64,000 nt of DNA from Thecamonas trahens ATCC 50062. Its lineage: Eukaryota; Protista; Apusomonadida. Positions 34,628-45,200 of the stretch are shown one piece after another. The first letter of the stretch is position 1; every line of letters begins with the position of its first letter. A program made the position numbers and the translations under genes. The notes beneath the pieces are model-generated. The model did not search any database. It was given only the letters and a program-made list of their open reading frames with translations, and was not told the origin of the DNA. The DNA lies in the NCBI RefSeq assembly GCF_000142905.1, contig NW_013657673.1, positions 248,001 to 312,000 of the forward strand, written 5' to 3'.

Positions 34628-37093
34628 TCACTTGTCGTAGCCAAGCGGGTCAAGGCCTGCTTCGAGGAGCTGCAGCGACGAGAGCCGGAAGAGCCGAAGA
34701 AGCTGGCGGAGCTCGGCAGGCGAGAACGTGGCTGCCAAGTTGTAGTGCGGGTCGGCGACGAGGTCGGCAACCTTGAGCGAGCCGGCAAAGTCGTGGGTGT
34801 CGTACAGGACCCGGTGGAGCATAAAGCAGAGCGAGGGGATGCAGACCGAGCGGAGGAGCTCGAGCTGGTCGGCACGGGCGGCGTCGCCGGCGGTACGGCC
34901 GTGATCAATCGGGACCACATCCTTGAGCCATCCCGAGGGGAAGAGAAGCGTGGCGTTGAGCAGATCGAGGACAACCGCGGTGCTGTCGCCCATGGCCTGC
35001 TGCCAGAGTTCGTATGCCTCGTCGTGGGCCTTCTTCTCCTGGTCGTACATGAGCTTGTCAGAGTACCGCGACGAGTCGGGCTCGGCCGGTGGAACCGGCC
35101 GCTCAAAGAGAATGTTCGACCACTCGTCGTAAGCAGAGAGAACCTCGAGGTATGCCACCAGGCACTGGAACTCGTGGACGGCATTGGCCTCGCGGGCTGG
35201 CGCCTCGACAAGCTCGGCCTCTGCCCAACCGTCGCGGAGAATGTCGAGCGTGTCGGCTGGGAGGACGACGCTGAGCAGCTGGCGGGTGACCTCGACCTTG
35301 GCCACCGGGACAGCGGCGAGGAGGGCGGCGACAGCATCGGCCGGCGTGGCCTTGAGCGATGCGTCAAACCGCGCCGACTCGACGTGGGCAAGGAGCAGCG
35401 AGCGCGCAAGTGCGTTGGCCTGCACCAGTGCCTCTGCTCGCTGGTCCGGGTAGAAGCAGAGCCACTGGAGCGAGTGGACCTTGCGCTCGTCAGAGGCCTC
35501 GGCCTCGGACGCGAGGTAGATGTTGCGGACAACCTGCGAGGTGATGGCTCGCACGTCGAGGCGCGCGGCTTCAGCGGCGCGCAGCGCATCGGCCCGCGCA
35601 GACCCGTCGTCCACGCCCTCGAGGAACTTGGCGTAAATGCCGACCTGCCGCGAGCTCGGAAGCTGCGCAGTGTAGAGCGCAATGAGCGCCGACTGACCTG
35701 ACGCAATAAGGTGCTCGACATAGCCGGTGAGGAGCGCCACACCAGCAGCCTCAGCCTCTGGCGAGAGGGCCACCTCGATCGAGCGGAAGAAGAGAACAAG
35801 CGAGGCGCCAAATCGGAGGAGGATGGCGCGCGCGTGCGCGTGCGAGCCGGGCAGCGCATCGAGCGCCTCGACCGCTGCCGCCGAGTCCGCGACAGCCCAG
35901 CCGGCAAGCGTGACGAGCGCCGCGTTCTCCTGCGCCGTGATGAGCAGCTGCTGGATGGTGTGGAACGGGGCGCGGGTGGCGGTGCGGAGCTCCGGCGATT
36001 GCGCCTCGCTCAGGAGCGCTGCAAACATCGACTGCATGTCGAGCTGGCTAGCGCCAGCCGACTCGGGCTGAGCAATGTCCATGGCTGCCGGCAGGCCAGT
36101 GCGGACAAGCTCGGCGTTGGCCGACGGCCGGGCCGTGGCAAGGTGGGTGTCGAGAACCGAGGTGAGCGCGGTCGCGCACCGAGCCCAGAGATGGTCCTCC
36201 CAGCTAGTGCACAGCGGCAGGACCGCAGAGAGGCTTCCAGCTAGCACCCCATACAGTGCCCGCTCGTATTGCGAGCTGGCCTCGCTCGCAAGCACCTGGA
36301 CCATCTGGCGCCAGAGCAGGCGCTGCACGTTGCCTGCCGGAGCAGCGTCGTCAATCCGTTCGCCGGTGAGCTTGACCTCGCCGGCGTAGATAGCGTCGTG
36401 AAAGGCGGCGCCGCCGCCGAGCGACGCGGCGCGCCACGGCTGGCCGACCTTGCGGCACACATTTCGCGCCTCATCGAGCTTGCCGGCCTTGACCAGGAGC
36501 CACAAATGGCGGAGCAGGCGCTCCTCCAAGTCAGCGTCATCTGGATGCAAGCCCGATGCGTCCGGATCGCGCAGCGGCGCGTCCGGGTCCAGTGTCTTGA
36601 CCAGACCCTGCGGGGCAAGCGCGCCCGGCTTGGTCCGAAGCACTGAGAGCGTGGCCCGCCACATGGCAGCCTCCATGGTGTGCGGTTTGAGCTGGTCGGC
36701 AAAGAGTGACTGGAGCCAGGCAACAACAATGCGGGCCTCGCGCAGCGCCTGCGACGACCCGACGTATGCTGCCAGCGTATCCGCGTCCGAGCCGCCGCCG
36801 GCCGGCAGGCTCACAGCAGCGTGGTCTGGATCGCCTGCTGACGCCACGCGCTCGGCATAGAGCGGAGCAATCAGCCGCCAGGTATGGGCCTCGTCAGGCG
36901 CCACCGTTGGCGATGCCACCTCGCCGAGGACGCGGACGTAGTCGTCGACGACCGCCGAGGCGGCGTCGGGCGCAGCACCGGCAGCGGCATCAAAGGCGTC
37001 GGCAAAGGCCGACTCAACCTGCTCGCGGACAGCATCCGGATAGGCAACAAGGGTGCCCGGGGCAGGATCAGCAAACGAGCCGTTCATGGCCAT
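34628..37093 (-). CDS. NUP107: Nucleoporin Nup107/Nup84 (start uncertain)
   Basis: EAHTWRLI, LVKTLDPDAP, GQPWRAASLGG, YERALYGVLAG, SWEDHLWA, LIALYTAQLP, LRSVCIP. Confidence 0.93.
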   Translation of the reverse strand: MAMNGSFADPAPGTLVAYPDAVREQVESAFADAFDAAAGAAPDAASAVVDDYVRVLGEVASPTVAPDEAHTWRLIAPLYAERVASAGDPDHAAVSLPAGGGSDADTLAAYVGSSQALREARIVVAWLQSLFADQLKPHTMEAAMWRATLSVLRTKPGALAPQGLVKTLDPDAPLRDPDASGLHPDDADLEERLLRHLWLLVKAGKLDEARNVCRKVGQPWRAASLGGGAAFHDAIYAGEVKLTGERIDDAAPAGNVQRLLWRQMVQVLASEASSQYERALYGVLAGSLSAVLPLCTSWEDHLWARCATALTSVLDTHLATARPSANAELVRTGLPAAMDIAQPESAGASQLDMQSMFAALLSEAQSPELRTATRAPFHTIQQLLITAQENAALVTLAGWAVADSAAAVEALDALPGSHAHARAILLRFGASLVLFFRSIEVALSPEAEAAGVALLTGYVEHLIASGQSALIALYTAQLPSSRQVGIYAKFLEGVDDGSARADALRAAEAARLDVRAITSQVVRNIYLASEAEASDERKVHSLQWLCFYPDQRAEALVQANALARSLLLAHVESARFDASLKATPADAVAALLAAVPVAKVEVTRQLLSVVLPADTLDILRDGWAEAELVEAPAREANAVHEFQCLVAYLEVLSAYDEWSNILFERPVPPAEPDSSRYSDKLMYDQEKKAHDEAYELWQQAMGDSTAVVLDLLNATLLFPSGWLKDVVPIDHGRTAGDAARADQLELLRSVCIPSLCFMLHRVLYDTHDFAGSLKVADLVADPHYNLAATFSPAELRQLLRLFRLSSLQLLEAGLDPLGYDK

Positions 37094-37554
37094 GAGCGAG
37101 GCGACCGAGGAGGAGAGGACAAACGAGGCCTCGGAAGGCCCTGTGGGGCGGGCGGGGTGCGACCAGGAGTACGGCGTGCAGTCCGGGGAGCAGCAACCTG
37201 AGCAGCATACGAACGAGGCGTAGGGCGAGCAATACGTGTGGACAGCGGCGTCTGCGGCATGTACGACCTGCGGGCAGTGCCGACAACCGGCCGGGTGGTG
37301 CGGTTGGTCGGGTGCATGGGGGAGCGGCAGGATGGGAGGACGAGTCGATGTGGGGTTGGCGAGGGGGGGGGAGGGGGGGGGGGAAGGGGAGGGAGGGAGG
37401 GAGGGAGTTGGTAGGGGGGGGAGGAGGGGGGAGGGCGAGGGAGGAGGGCGAGAGTGGAGTGTAGGTGGCCTGGGTGGTGGTGGTGAGCGTGGTGTGGTAC
37501 TGAGGGGTGGTGCGGTGGCGGTGGCGGTGGCGGCTGGCGGCGGCAATGGTAGCA

Positions 37555-37739
37555 AGTCGCCACTCGATGGGCGGCAAGTCGTCGCCACTCCATGGACGGC
37601 AGGTCGTCGCCACTCGATGAGCGGCAAGTCGTCGCCACTCGATGGGCGGCAAGTCGTCGCCACTCGATGGGCGGCAGGTCGTCGCCACTCGATGGGCGGC
37701 AGCTCGATGGGCGGCAAGTCGTCGCCACTCGATGGGTGG
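37555..37739. repeat. 25-bp minisatellite GGCGGCAAGTCGTCGCCACTCGATG, about 6 full copies plus partials
   Basis: Units start at about 37570, 37595, 37620, 37645, 37670 and 37710, with a truncated unit at 37695. Confidence 0.93.
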
Positions 37740-37863
37740 CTACGGCCAGCTGTGACCATGTCCATGACACGCATACGCACGGGCACAGTCAAACACCTGA
37801 CCCCCATCTCAGTCACCTCCTCTGAGATCTCCTCCCTCCCCTCTCTCCCGCATTTGCAGAGCC

Positions 37864-39752
37864 ATGCTGCGCTTGAAGCTGGCGTGGGAGGGGCCGGTCG
37901 AGACGACGGGACTCTCACCGGCTACGACGGGACGGGCGCGGCAGGGACAAGCATGGCCTGTGGCGGCAGCGGTGGCTGAGAGCAAGACAGTGGCGAAGGA
38001 GATAGAGGCAGAGGATGGGACGGCTGCCTTGGATCCGGCGGCGGCGGCGGCGGTGGCGGTGGCGGAGATGGCGCGCGAGAGCGGGAGCCGGCGGAGCGGG
38101 GCAACCAAGGTGCGTGCAGCTGGTCCAGACGTGGGCACAGAGACGAGCACCCCGTTCTGGAAGAGCCCGCGTGGGCAGCTGGAGCTGGCGCTGGCTACGG
38201 TCTCGCGGGTTGCGTCGATCGCCGGCGCGGCGGTGACCGAGCCGCAGACGGTGTTCTCGGTGGCGGTAGCAACTGGGGCCGTCCTGGCCATCGCTACTGT
38301 CGAGGGCGCCCTGCTGACCCGGTCGTCAGCATCGCTCGGCTTGCGCTTTGCCTTTGTGTGGCGGTACGCCAAGGCGCAGCTTCTGCCATCGATTATCTGG
38401 ACAACCAAGCCGGCGACAACGGTGGCGGCGGCCGCAGGCCTCAAGCCGTCGATGCTGCGCTCGTTCTCGGTCTTGCTTGCCAACGAGGGCTCGGCCGGCG
38501 TTTCGCTCGCCAAGGGCGCATCGAGCCAGGCGCCTGCCGGCGAGGTGGCCAAGGCCATGGCCCAGCGGTTCTCAGTCATTCATCTCTGCCAGACTCTGCG
38601 TGCTATCGTGGCAGGCTTTGTCGGCATTGCCAACTTGCTTGGCCTCGTCAACAAGATCTCCGAGGCCCACTCGCAGTACGAGGGCCTGGTGAGTGCCGGA
38701 CAAGCACCGTTTCTCACGGTCGGCCCGTCCGAAGTCGTCCTCCGCCTCGGCGGCTCGAGTTCAGACGTCATGGACTTGTCGGTCGAGCGGGAGACGCTCG
38801 ATCACATTATTCCAATCTACGACAACGCCGCCGCCGGAGAGTCGCACGCAGTCTATGCCGACGAGCGCGCTGCCCTCCTTGCCTCGGTTCCGTACTTTTG
38901 GGTCGTTCGGGACGGCGCCTACGGCTCGGCGTCGGCGTGGGGCACTTTCTCTCTCCGTGAGCGCTGGCTCATCCCAACCAAAAACGGCGGCCGCGTCCTG
39001 CTTGTCGAAGCCGACGCCTCGGTGCCGGAGCAATCAGCGATCTTCCTCGAGGCCGGAACCGCCAACGACGTGTCGCTCGCCAAGGCTGCGCTCGCCTTTC
39101 GCTTCCTCTCACGGCGCCTCGAGGCTGCGCCGTTCTACTCGCCTGATACTGATCGCGTTGTCCGAGTTTTCTCGCCAACTCGGAGCAAGTCCTCGAGTCG
39201 GGCGGGAAGCGGACGTACACGGTGCGCGATCGAATCCGGCAGCTCGGCCAAGTGGACGTCCTCATCGACACCTCAGTCCCGGTCATGGCCGGCATCCTCG
39301 GGTGGGCCAACGACATGGGCGACGTCCCGGGCATTGTCTTCCACACCTCCAACCCCGAGTATTTTGACAAACTCTCCGCCGTTCTCCGCGACGCCGGCTT
39401 TCGGGTCTATGACTTTCTGCACCCAGACGTCACGCCTGACATGCCGCGGCTGATTTATGAGCCGTCGACTGCCCAAACAGTCGACACCGCCATGTCGCTC
39501 ATCGAGCGCGGCCTGGTCGCCCCCGAGCTCTGCTGTGTCCTCCTCGACTACGGCATGCAGCGACTGGCGCTGCTCCCGCCCGAGGTCTGCGCCGTTTGCT
39601 CGGCCGACATCTACGACCAACTCTTCCGCCTCGTCCGCACCCTCATCCGCGACGGCGTTCCGCTGCCGGACATCCAGGCCACCATCGACAAGCTCATTGT
39701 CGACGCCGACGCCATTGACGACATGATCCACAGCTCCCGCGAAGCAGCATAG
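37864..39752 (+). CDS. Hypothetical protein with hydrophobic N-terminal segments and an alpha/beta C-terminal region; frameshift at about 39168
   Basis: ORFs 37864 and 39222 join if one T is added to the TTTT run, giving VRVFLANSEQVLESGG. Confidence 0.7.
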
Positions 39753-39772
39753 CTCGCTGCGCGTGCTTGAAC

Positions 39773-40997
39773 TCACGGCGCCCGCCCGGCGGGTTCTGCC
39801 CTAGCATCCGCATGAGCTCGGCCATCGCATTAGGGTTGGCCATCAGCGCCGCCGCCTGCGCCTGCATCGCCGGGTTGGCCTCCATCGCCGCCCGCGCTTG
39901 CGCCAGCACCGCTGGGTCCGCCATCATCGCCTGCATCTGCTGCATCATCGCCGGGTCGTGCTGCATGGCCTGCGTCATGGCGGTAAAGTCGCTGCCGCCA
40001 CCCATCCCGCCGCCCATCCCGCCACCGCCGACCATCCCGTCTCCATAGGCTGTCGGCGCGGCGGCTGTGCCCGCGGCAGGCATGCCAAACGGAGTCGCCG
40101 CCGCACTCGTCGTCGTCGACGTGCTCGAAGCGCTCGATGCCGCAGCCGCCGCCGGCGGGCTCGCACCCGGCTCGGCCGCCAGCCGAGCCAGCGTCCGCTC
40201 GAGATACTTTTGGGCGTCGACAAGAACAAGCCATCCGGCCTCGGACGGCGTGAGCGCCAGCTCGTCACCTCCCGAGTCAACAAAACCAAGGGCCTCGGCC
40301 ACAGTGGCGGCGTGTGGAACGGCGAGGATCTTTGTCGCCACAGTCTTGTTGGCCTTCCGGACCGAGCGGTACTTGGGCTCCAGCGGGTGAGCAATGACGT
40401 TACGGGCCATCTTGTTGAGCATAGTTAGCGCCTTGACCTTGGCGTGGAGCTTGGCACCCGGATCGGCCTCGAGCGCCGCCAGCGCAATGGCCATTGGCGT
40501 GATCCGCGTCGAGTCCAGTCCAGCACTGGGATCGACAGCCTTGAGCCCGGCCGTCGACGGATCCAGGAAGCCCAGGGAAAGCCGAGGCCCTTGGGATCGC
40601 CAGCGAGAACCGAGCGACCATCCTTGGTCAGCACCTCACCGTCTGGGCCGAGGAGAACCAGCGCCGGAATGCCGCGGATGCCAAACCGTGAGCCCAAGGC
40701 CATGCTCTCGGGGCAGCCAAAGGGGAGGGCGAGCCAGGGCATAGACGCCAGATACTCATCATACGAGTCCTCGGTCCTGTCTGACGAGACAAAGACAATC
40801 TCGAACGGATGCCCTGCCCCACGGATGGCCTCGTACGTCGTCGCCAGCTGCGGAGTAAAGACCCTGCATGGAGGGCACCAGTGGGCTGAGAAGTAGAGGC
40901 CCACCACCGTTCCGTCAAGACTGCTGGTCGCCACCTCGCGTCCGTCACTTCCGCGCACCGTCTTTCCCAGCATACTCTCCATAGCACTTGCAGACAT
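39773..40997 (-). CDS. Nucleoredoxin/tryparedoxin (WCPPC)-PUB-STI1 fusion; frameshift at about 40573; stop at 39773 inferred (ORF as assembled runs to 39694)
   Basis: GLYFSAHWCPPCR, FEIVFVSSDR, MPWLALPF, GIPALV; PUB domain NVIAHPLEPKYRSVRKAN...LGF; Met/Gln/Asn-Pro STI1-like tail. Confidence 0.82.
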
Positions 40998-41560
40998 AAT
41001 GTAGTGTGGAGTGAAGACGTGTGTGCTGTGCTCAGCACAACGAGCCCAAGCCCAATGAGCCCAAAGACCAGCCGGTGGAAGGTCGCCCTGGAGCGCGTGG
41101 TCGCCCCGCCGTGGCGAGCCGTGATCATCAGCCTTACATGGATTTGGTCGATTGCGTTGGAATCGGGACACGCACGGGCTGATGATGACGGGAATAACCA
41201 TCCCCCCCGTCTAAGAGCTAGCGTCACGGCGCGTGGTGGTGGTGCATGGTTGTGCGAATGCTCGCCAGGCCAGAGTTGGGCAAAGGGCGTGAGCAACACG
41301 GGAATCGGAAGTTGATTATGGGTGGCATCAGCCTCTTGTGCCTGAGCACTGATGGCTGGCTCTGACCTTGGTTGAGCAGGCCGATCATGTCGCGCGAGCA
41401 AAGAGCCGCACCAATCAGCAGAACAGGGGCTTGTCGTCCTCCATCACCCTCCCCCAGCCCGCCGTTTTTCTGAGATGCGAACGCGCACGTGCGCGCGCAC
41501 GCACCTGACTTCCACCACCCGCGGGCCACTCCTCTTCCCATGCCCACCTGCCACCTTCAA

Positions 41561-42214
41561 ATGCCGCTGCCGCTACCGCTGCCACTGCTGCTGCTGCAAG
41601 CCCTCGTTCTGGCTCTCATGATTGTCGCTATGTCCGTCGTCGCCGTCCCGATGGCATCCTGTGGTCGGCCGGACAAGGTGGCCGAGACGCTGGCCTCGCA
41701 CGACATGCCGCCTGTTGCCGGATTGCACTCTGTGGCGGTACCTGCGGCGGTGCTGGTGCCGTTTGTGGCGGGCGGTGTGGGGAACTGGTCGCTGTGGAAT
41801 GCGGCAGTGAGCAAGTCGTCCGGCACTATCGGCGAGTGCAACTCGGTCGACGTCGCCTTCCGCCTCCATCATCACATCCCGCTCACGCTGCCCTCGTCTT
41901 GCCTCATCTACGCCCTCAACGGGACCGCCACATCCAGTGCGGTCAGCTACGCGTGGGAGTACTCGGGCCCGGGCCTATTTGGGGTCCACATCTCGTCCTT
42001 TAGCCCCGATCCCGACGACCCGGCCGGCTCCACCCTTGCAACCAACTGGGAGCGGGCCATGGGCTCCACCATCCGCCTCGACCCGTCGTGGTGGAAGAAC
42101 CAGTTTGCCTTTGTTGCTTCGCAAACATTTAACGGCCTCGATTGCCTCGCTTCCGTCTACGCTGCCACCGGTACCCTCCTCATCGACCACGTCGTCTCGG
42201 CATGCAGGCCGTGA
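41561..42214 (+). CDS. Putative secreted protein
   Basis: Strong hydrophobic signal or anchor (LLLLQALVLALMIVAMSVVA), then a beta-rich Cys-containing region. Confidence 0.6.
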   Translation: MPLPLPLPLLLLQALVLALMIVAMSVVAVPMASCGRPDKVAETLASHDMPPVAGLHSVAVPAAVLVPFVAGGVGNWSLWNAAVSKSSGTIGECNSVDVAFRLHHHIPLTLPSSCLIYALNGTATSSAVSYAWEYSGPGLFGVHISSFSPDPDDPAGSTLATNWERAMGSTIRLDPSWWKNQFAFVASQTFNGLDCLASVYAATGTLLIDHVVSACRP

Positions 42215-42243
42215 TCCGGCTCGCGACAGCGCTTGCCAGCCCC

Positions 42244-45200
42244 TCACAGCGTGGCGTTGTCGGCCAACGAGACCAACGTGAGGTGCTGCTTCTCCAGCTG
42301 CCGAAGCTCCTCGGCCTCGAGCTCCATCGACATGAGCATCGAGACAAAGACGTCGGGATCGAGGCCGGCCCCGAGTGAGCGCAGCGTGCGGATCAATCGC
42401 GCCTTGTCTCCGGTGCACGCCACAACGTCGTCCTGGAAGAGCCCAAGCAGCGCAAGCGCAGCACGGTAAAAAGTGCGGAAGCCGCGGACAAAAAAGATGT
42501 CCCACACACGAACCAGAAGCCGCGGCTCGAGCACGTCCGCAAACAGCGTCGTGGCCCATTCAACAAGATAGTCGGCGTCAGTGATGCCGGTCGAAGCAAA
42601 CGCCTTTGCTGTCGCTGGCAGCCGCGAGTTGACGAGCTCGTTAAAGGCATGCAGCACTTGCTTGAGCTTTGTTTGCGAGCCCACAAGCATGTCACGGAAC
42701 CGCCAGTCGAGGAACCGGAGCAAGCAGAAGAAGCCGAGCTCGTCGTCACCGATCTGCGAGAGCAAGACAAGCGCAAGCGACGCAAGCGGACGTGCATACG
42801 CAAGCTCACCATCGTGGACTGCAAGTGCGCAGAGGACGTCAACCAGCGATGCCGCTCCGCCAGCTCCAAGGCTCGACCCCAGTGGATGTGTGGCGAGTAG
42901 AGCGTTGACATCGCGGGTAATCGCATCGCGGAAGAAGCAATTCTGCGCCAAGAGCTGCGAGTAAAGACCCGGTGGCGACTTGGCTCGCATTTCCTCGGCC
43001 TCCACAATGTGAAGCCAGAGCTTGCCGCGCATCCGGGGCGGCATGCCCGACAGCACAAGCTGGAGCATTGCCGACGACTTGCGGTAACGCTTAAACGGCT
43101 TGGAGAGCAGCTTTTCAAACTTGGCCTCGCGGCCGGGGTCGCTGCCGAATCCTCCCACCGCCGGGAGAATCTGCACCACCCGAATCCGAGGTTCGGTTCC
43201 GCCCTCCGAGTACGGCGGGAGCGGCTCGGATTCAAGCATCGTAGTCTTTGTGGGGCCTTCAGGCGTATGGCCCTCGCTGCCGGCCAAACTAGCAGCGAGG
43301 GCCGGCTCAAAACGCGCATCAAATGACGTCGGAAAGTCTGCTTCCTCCTCCGCCTCGCCACCGCCTTGCGACGCCTGACCGCTCTCGCCCAACGAGTCAA
43401 AGCCGGCGTCACCAAACGCCGCCTCAAAGCCCGAGGCGTCACCACCGTCACCGCCCGACGCCTGACCGCTCTCGCCAAACGAGCCAAATCCGGCATCACC
43501 AAACGCCGCCTCAAAGCCTGCCGCCGTGCCCGACGTCGAAGCGATCGCCGGTGGTGTGCCAAAGCCTGCCGCCGCAAACGCTGCCTCAAAGCCGCCGCCC
43601 CCGCCGCCCCCGCCGCCATCATTGCTGCCGCCGCCTCCACGGCCGCTGCCAAACTTGCCTGACTCGCTCGACTCGTCAAACCCGGCCGCCGCAAACGCAG
43701 CCTCGAAGCCTGGCGAGCTTTCGCCCGACGGCTGCTGCGCTGTTGCGGGAGTACCAAATCCGGCTGCTGCAAACGCTGCTTCAAAGCCTGGCGATGGCGT
43801 CTCAATCACGCTTGCCACCGGCTTGCGCGCGCTCCCTGTCGGCGTGCTGGGCTTCGGCCGCGGCGGGCCGCCCACGAGCTTGTCGTCGCCGTCATCGCTT
43901 GCCTCGTCGTCCGACGACGACGTCGCAAACGGATTGGCTTTCTCGCTGTTACCACCCTCCTGGCTCAGCGCCGCAACCCGCGGCTGCTGCGCCCGCTGGT
44001 AAAAGGCCAGCTCACCGAGCCCACCGCCATCGTCTGACGACGACACCGGCGCCATATCTGACGACGTCGACGAGCAATCGCCGTATGCGTCAACCGCCGG
44101 CTGGGCCACTTCCGCGGCCGCTGGCTCCGTCGGCGTCAGCGTCGGCGTCAGCGTCGGCGTCAGCGTCGGCGTCTTTTCCTGCTCACTGGACACCGCACCG
44201 ATTGGCGACTTGGCCGCGCTGCTGCCAGAGTTACCCATGCCAAAGACGACAGGCGGCGTCGTACTACCGACGCCCATGCCAAACACATCGTCGAGGCTTG
44301 TGGAGCCGGCCTTGGAGCCGGCCTTAGAGCCGGCCTGGCCGCCAAACTCGCTATTGTTGCCCGAGCCTGCGAAAAAGGCGTCAAACGGCGAGGCCGACGC
44401 TGCGCGATCCGAGCCGGGTTGCGAGCCGGGCGCGGAGCCTGCCGCGTCGAACAGCGCGTCAAACGGTGACTTGGTCCGCGGCTGACTCGCAGCAGGAGGT
44501 GCCAGCGGGCTATCAGGCGTATCTCCGCCAAACATCGCAGCAAACGGTTCAGCAGTAGGCTGGCTAGCTGCCGTCGTCGCGCTGGTGTCTTTGGCGGCGT
44601 CTCCGGTGGTCGCAAACTCAAACTCGTCGCCAAACGTCTCAAACTCCTTTTCAAAGTCGTCAAAGTCGTCGCCGCCATCGTCGTTGCCGACGGCTTCCGC
44701 CTGGGGCGCTGGCTCAGCCGGTGCCGGCGCCGCCACAGGTGCAGCCTTGGACGCCAGCGCCGTGACATGAGGCTCGGCCAGCGGGGTGTGGGTGCCAGAG
44801 CTGCCGAGCCCAGAGCTGGCGAGCGGCGAGAAGGCCGAAGGAGTAGCTCCCGAGCTGGCGTCATCAGCAACGGTAGCCGACGGCGAGATCGTGGCCGCGT
44901 TGCGGTGGTTCTGAACAATCGCCTGCAGCTCGGCCTTAGCCTCGGCAATGGCGGCGGCCATGGCGTCACGAACCGCCTTGTTCACATCGAGAACAACCGA
45001 GGCTCGCGCCACCTCGCGCTGCAGCGAGACAAGCTCGGGCAGATCGTCGTTGGTGAACTGCGAGATCTCGGCCTGGACCGCTGCCGCTTCCATCTGCACG
45101 TTGTTGAGCTCCTTGGCTAGCTGCGCGACCTCGCTCCGACGCGCAACCTTGGCCGCCTGCGCCGCCTCGAGCTTGGACTGCAGCGCCTCGAGTTCGGTCC

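Noticed and set aside
37555-37739. CRISPR-like array
   Set aside because: Units are directly tandem with a near-constant 8-nt linker, there are no unique spacers and no cas genes, and the context is eukaryotic.
37094-37918. Pro-rich N-terminal extension of Nup107 in the ORF track
   Set aside because: It runs through a poly-C intron/UTR-like tract and a minisatellite. The same artefact inflates the 5' ends of the APEX2, PNUTS, kinesin and WDR5 ORFs.
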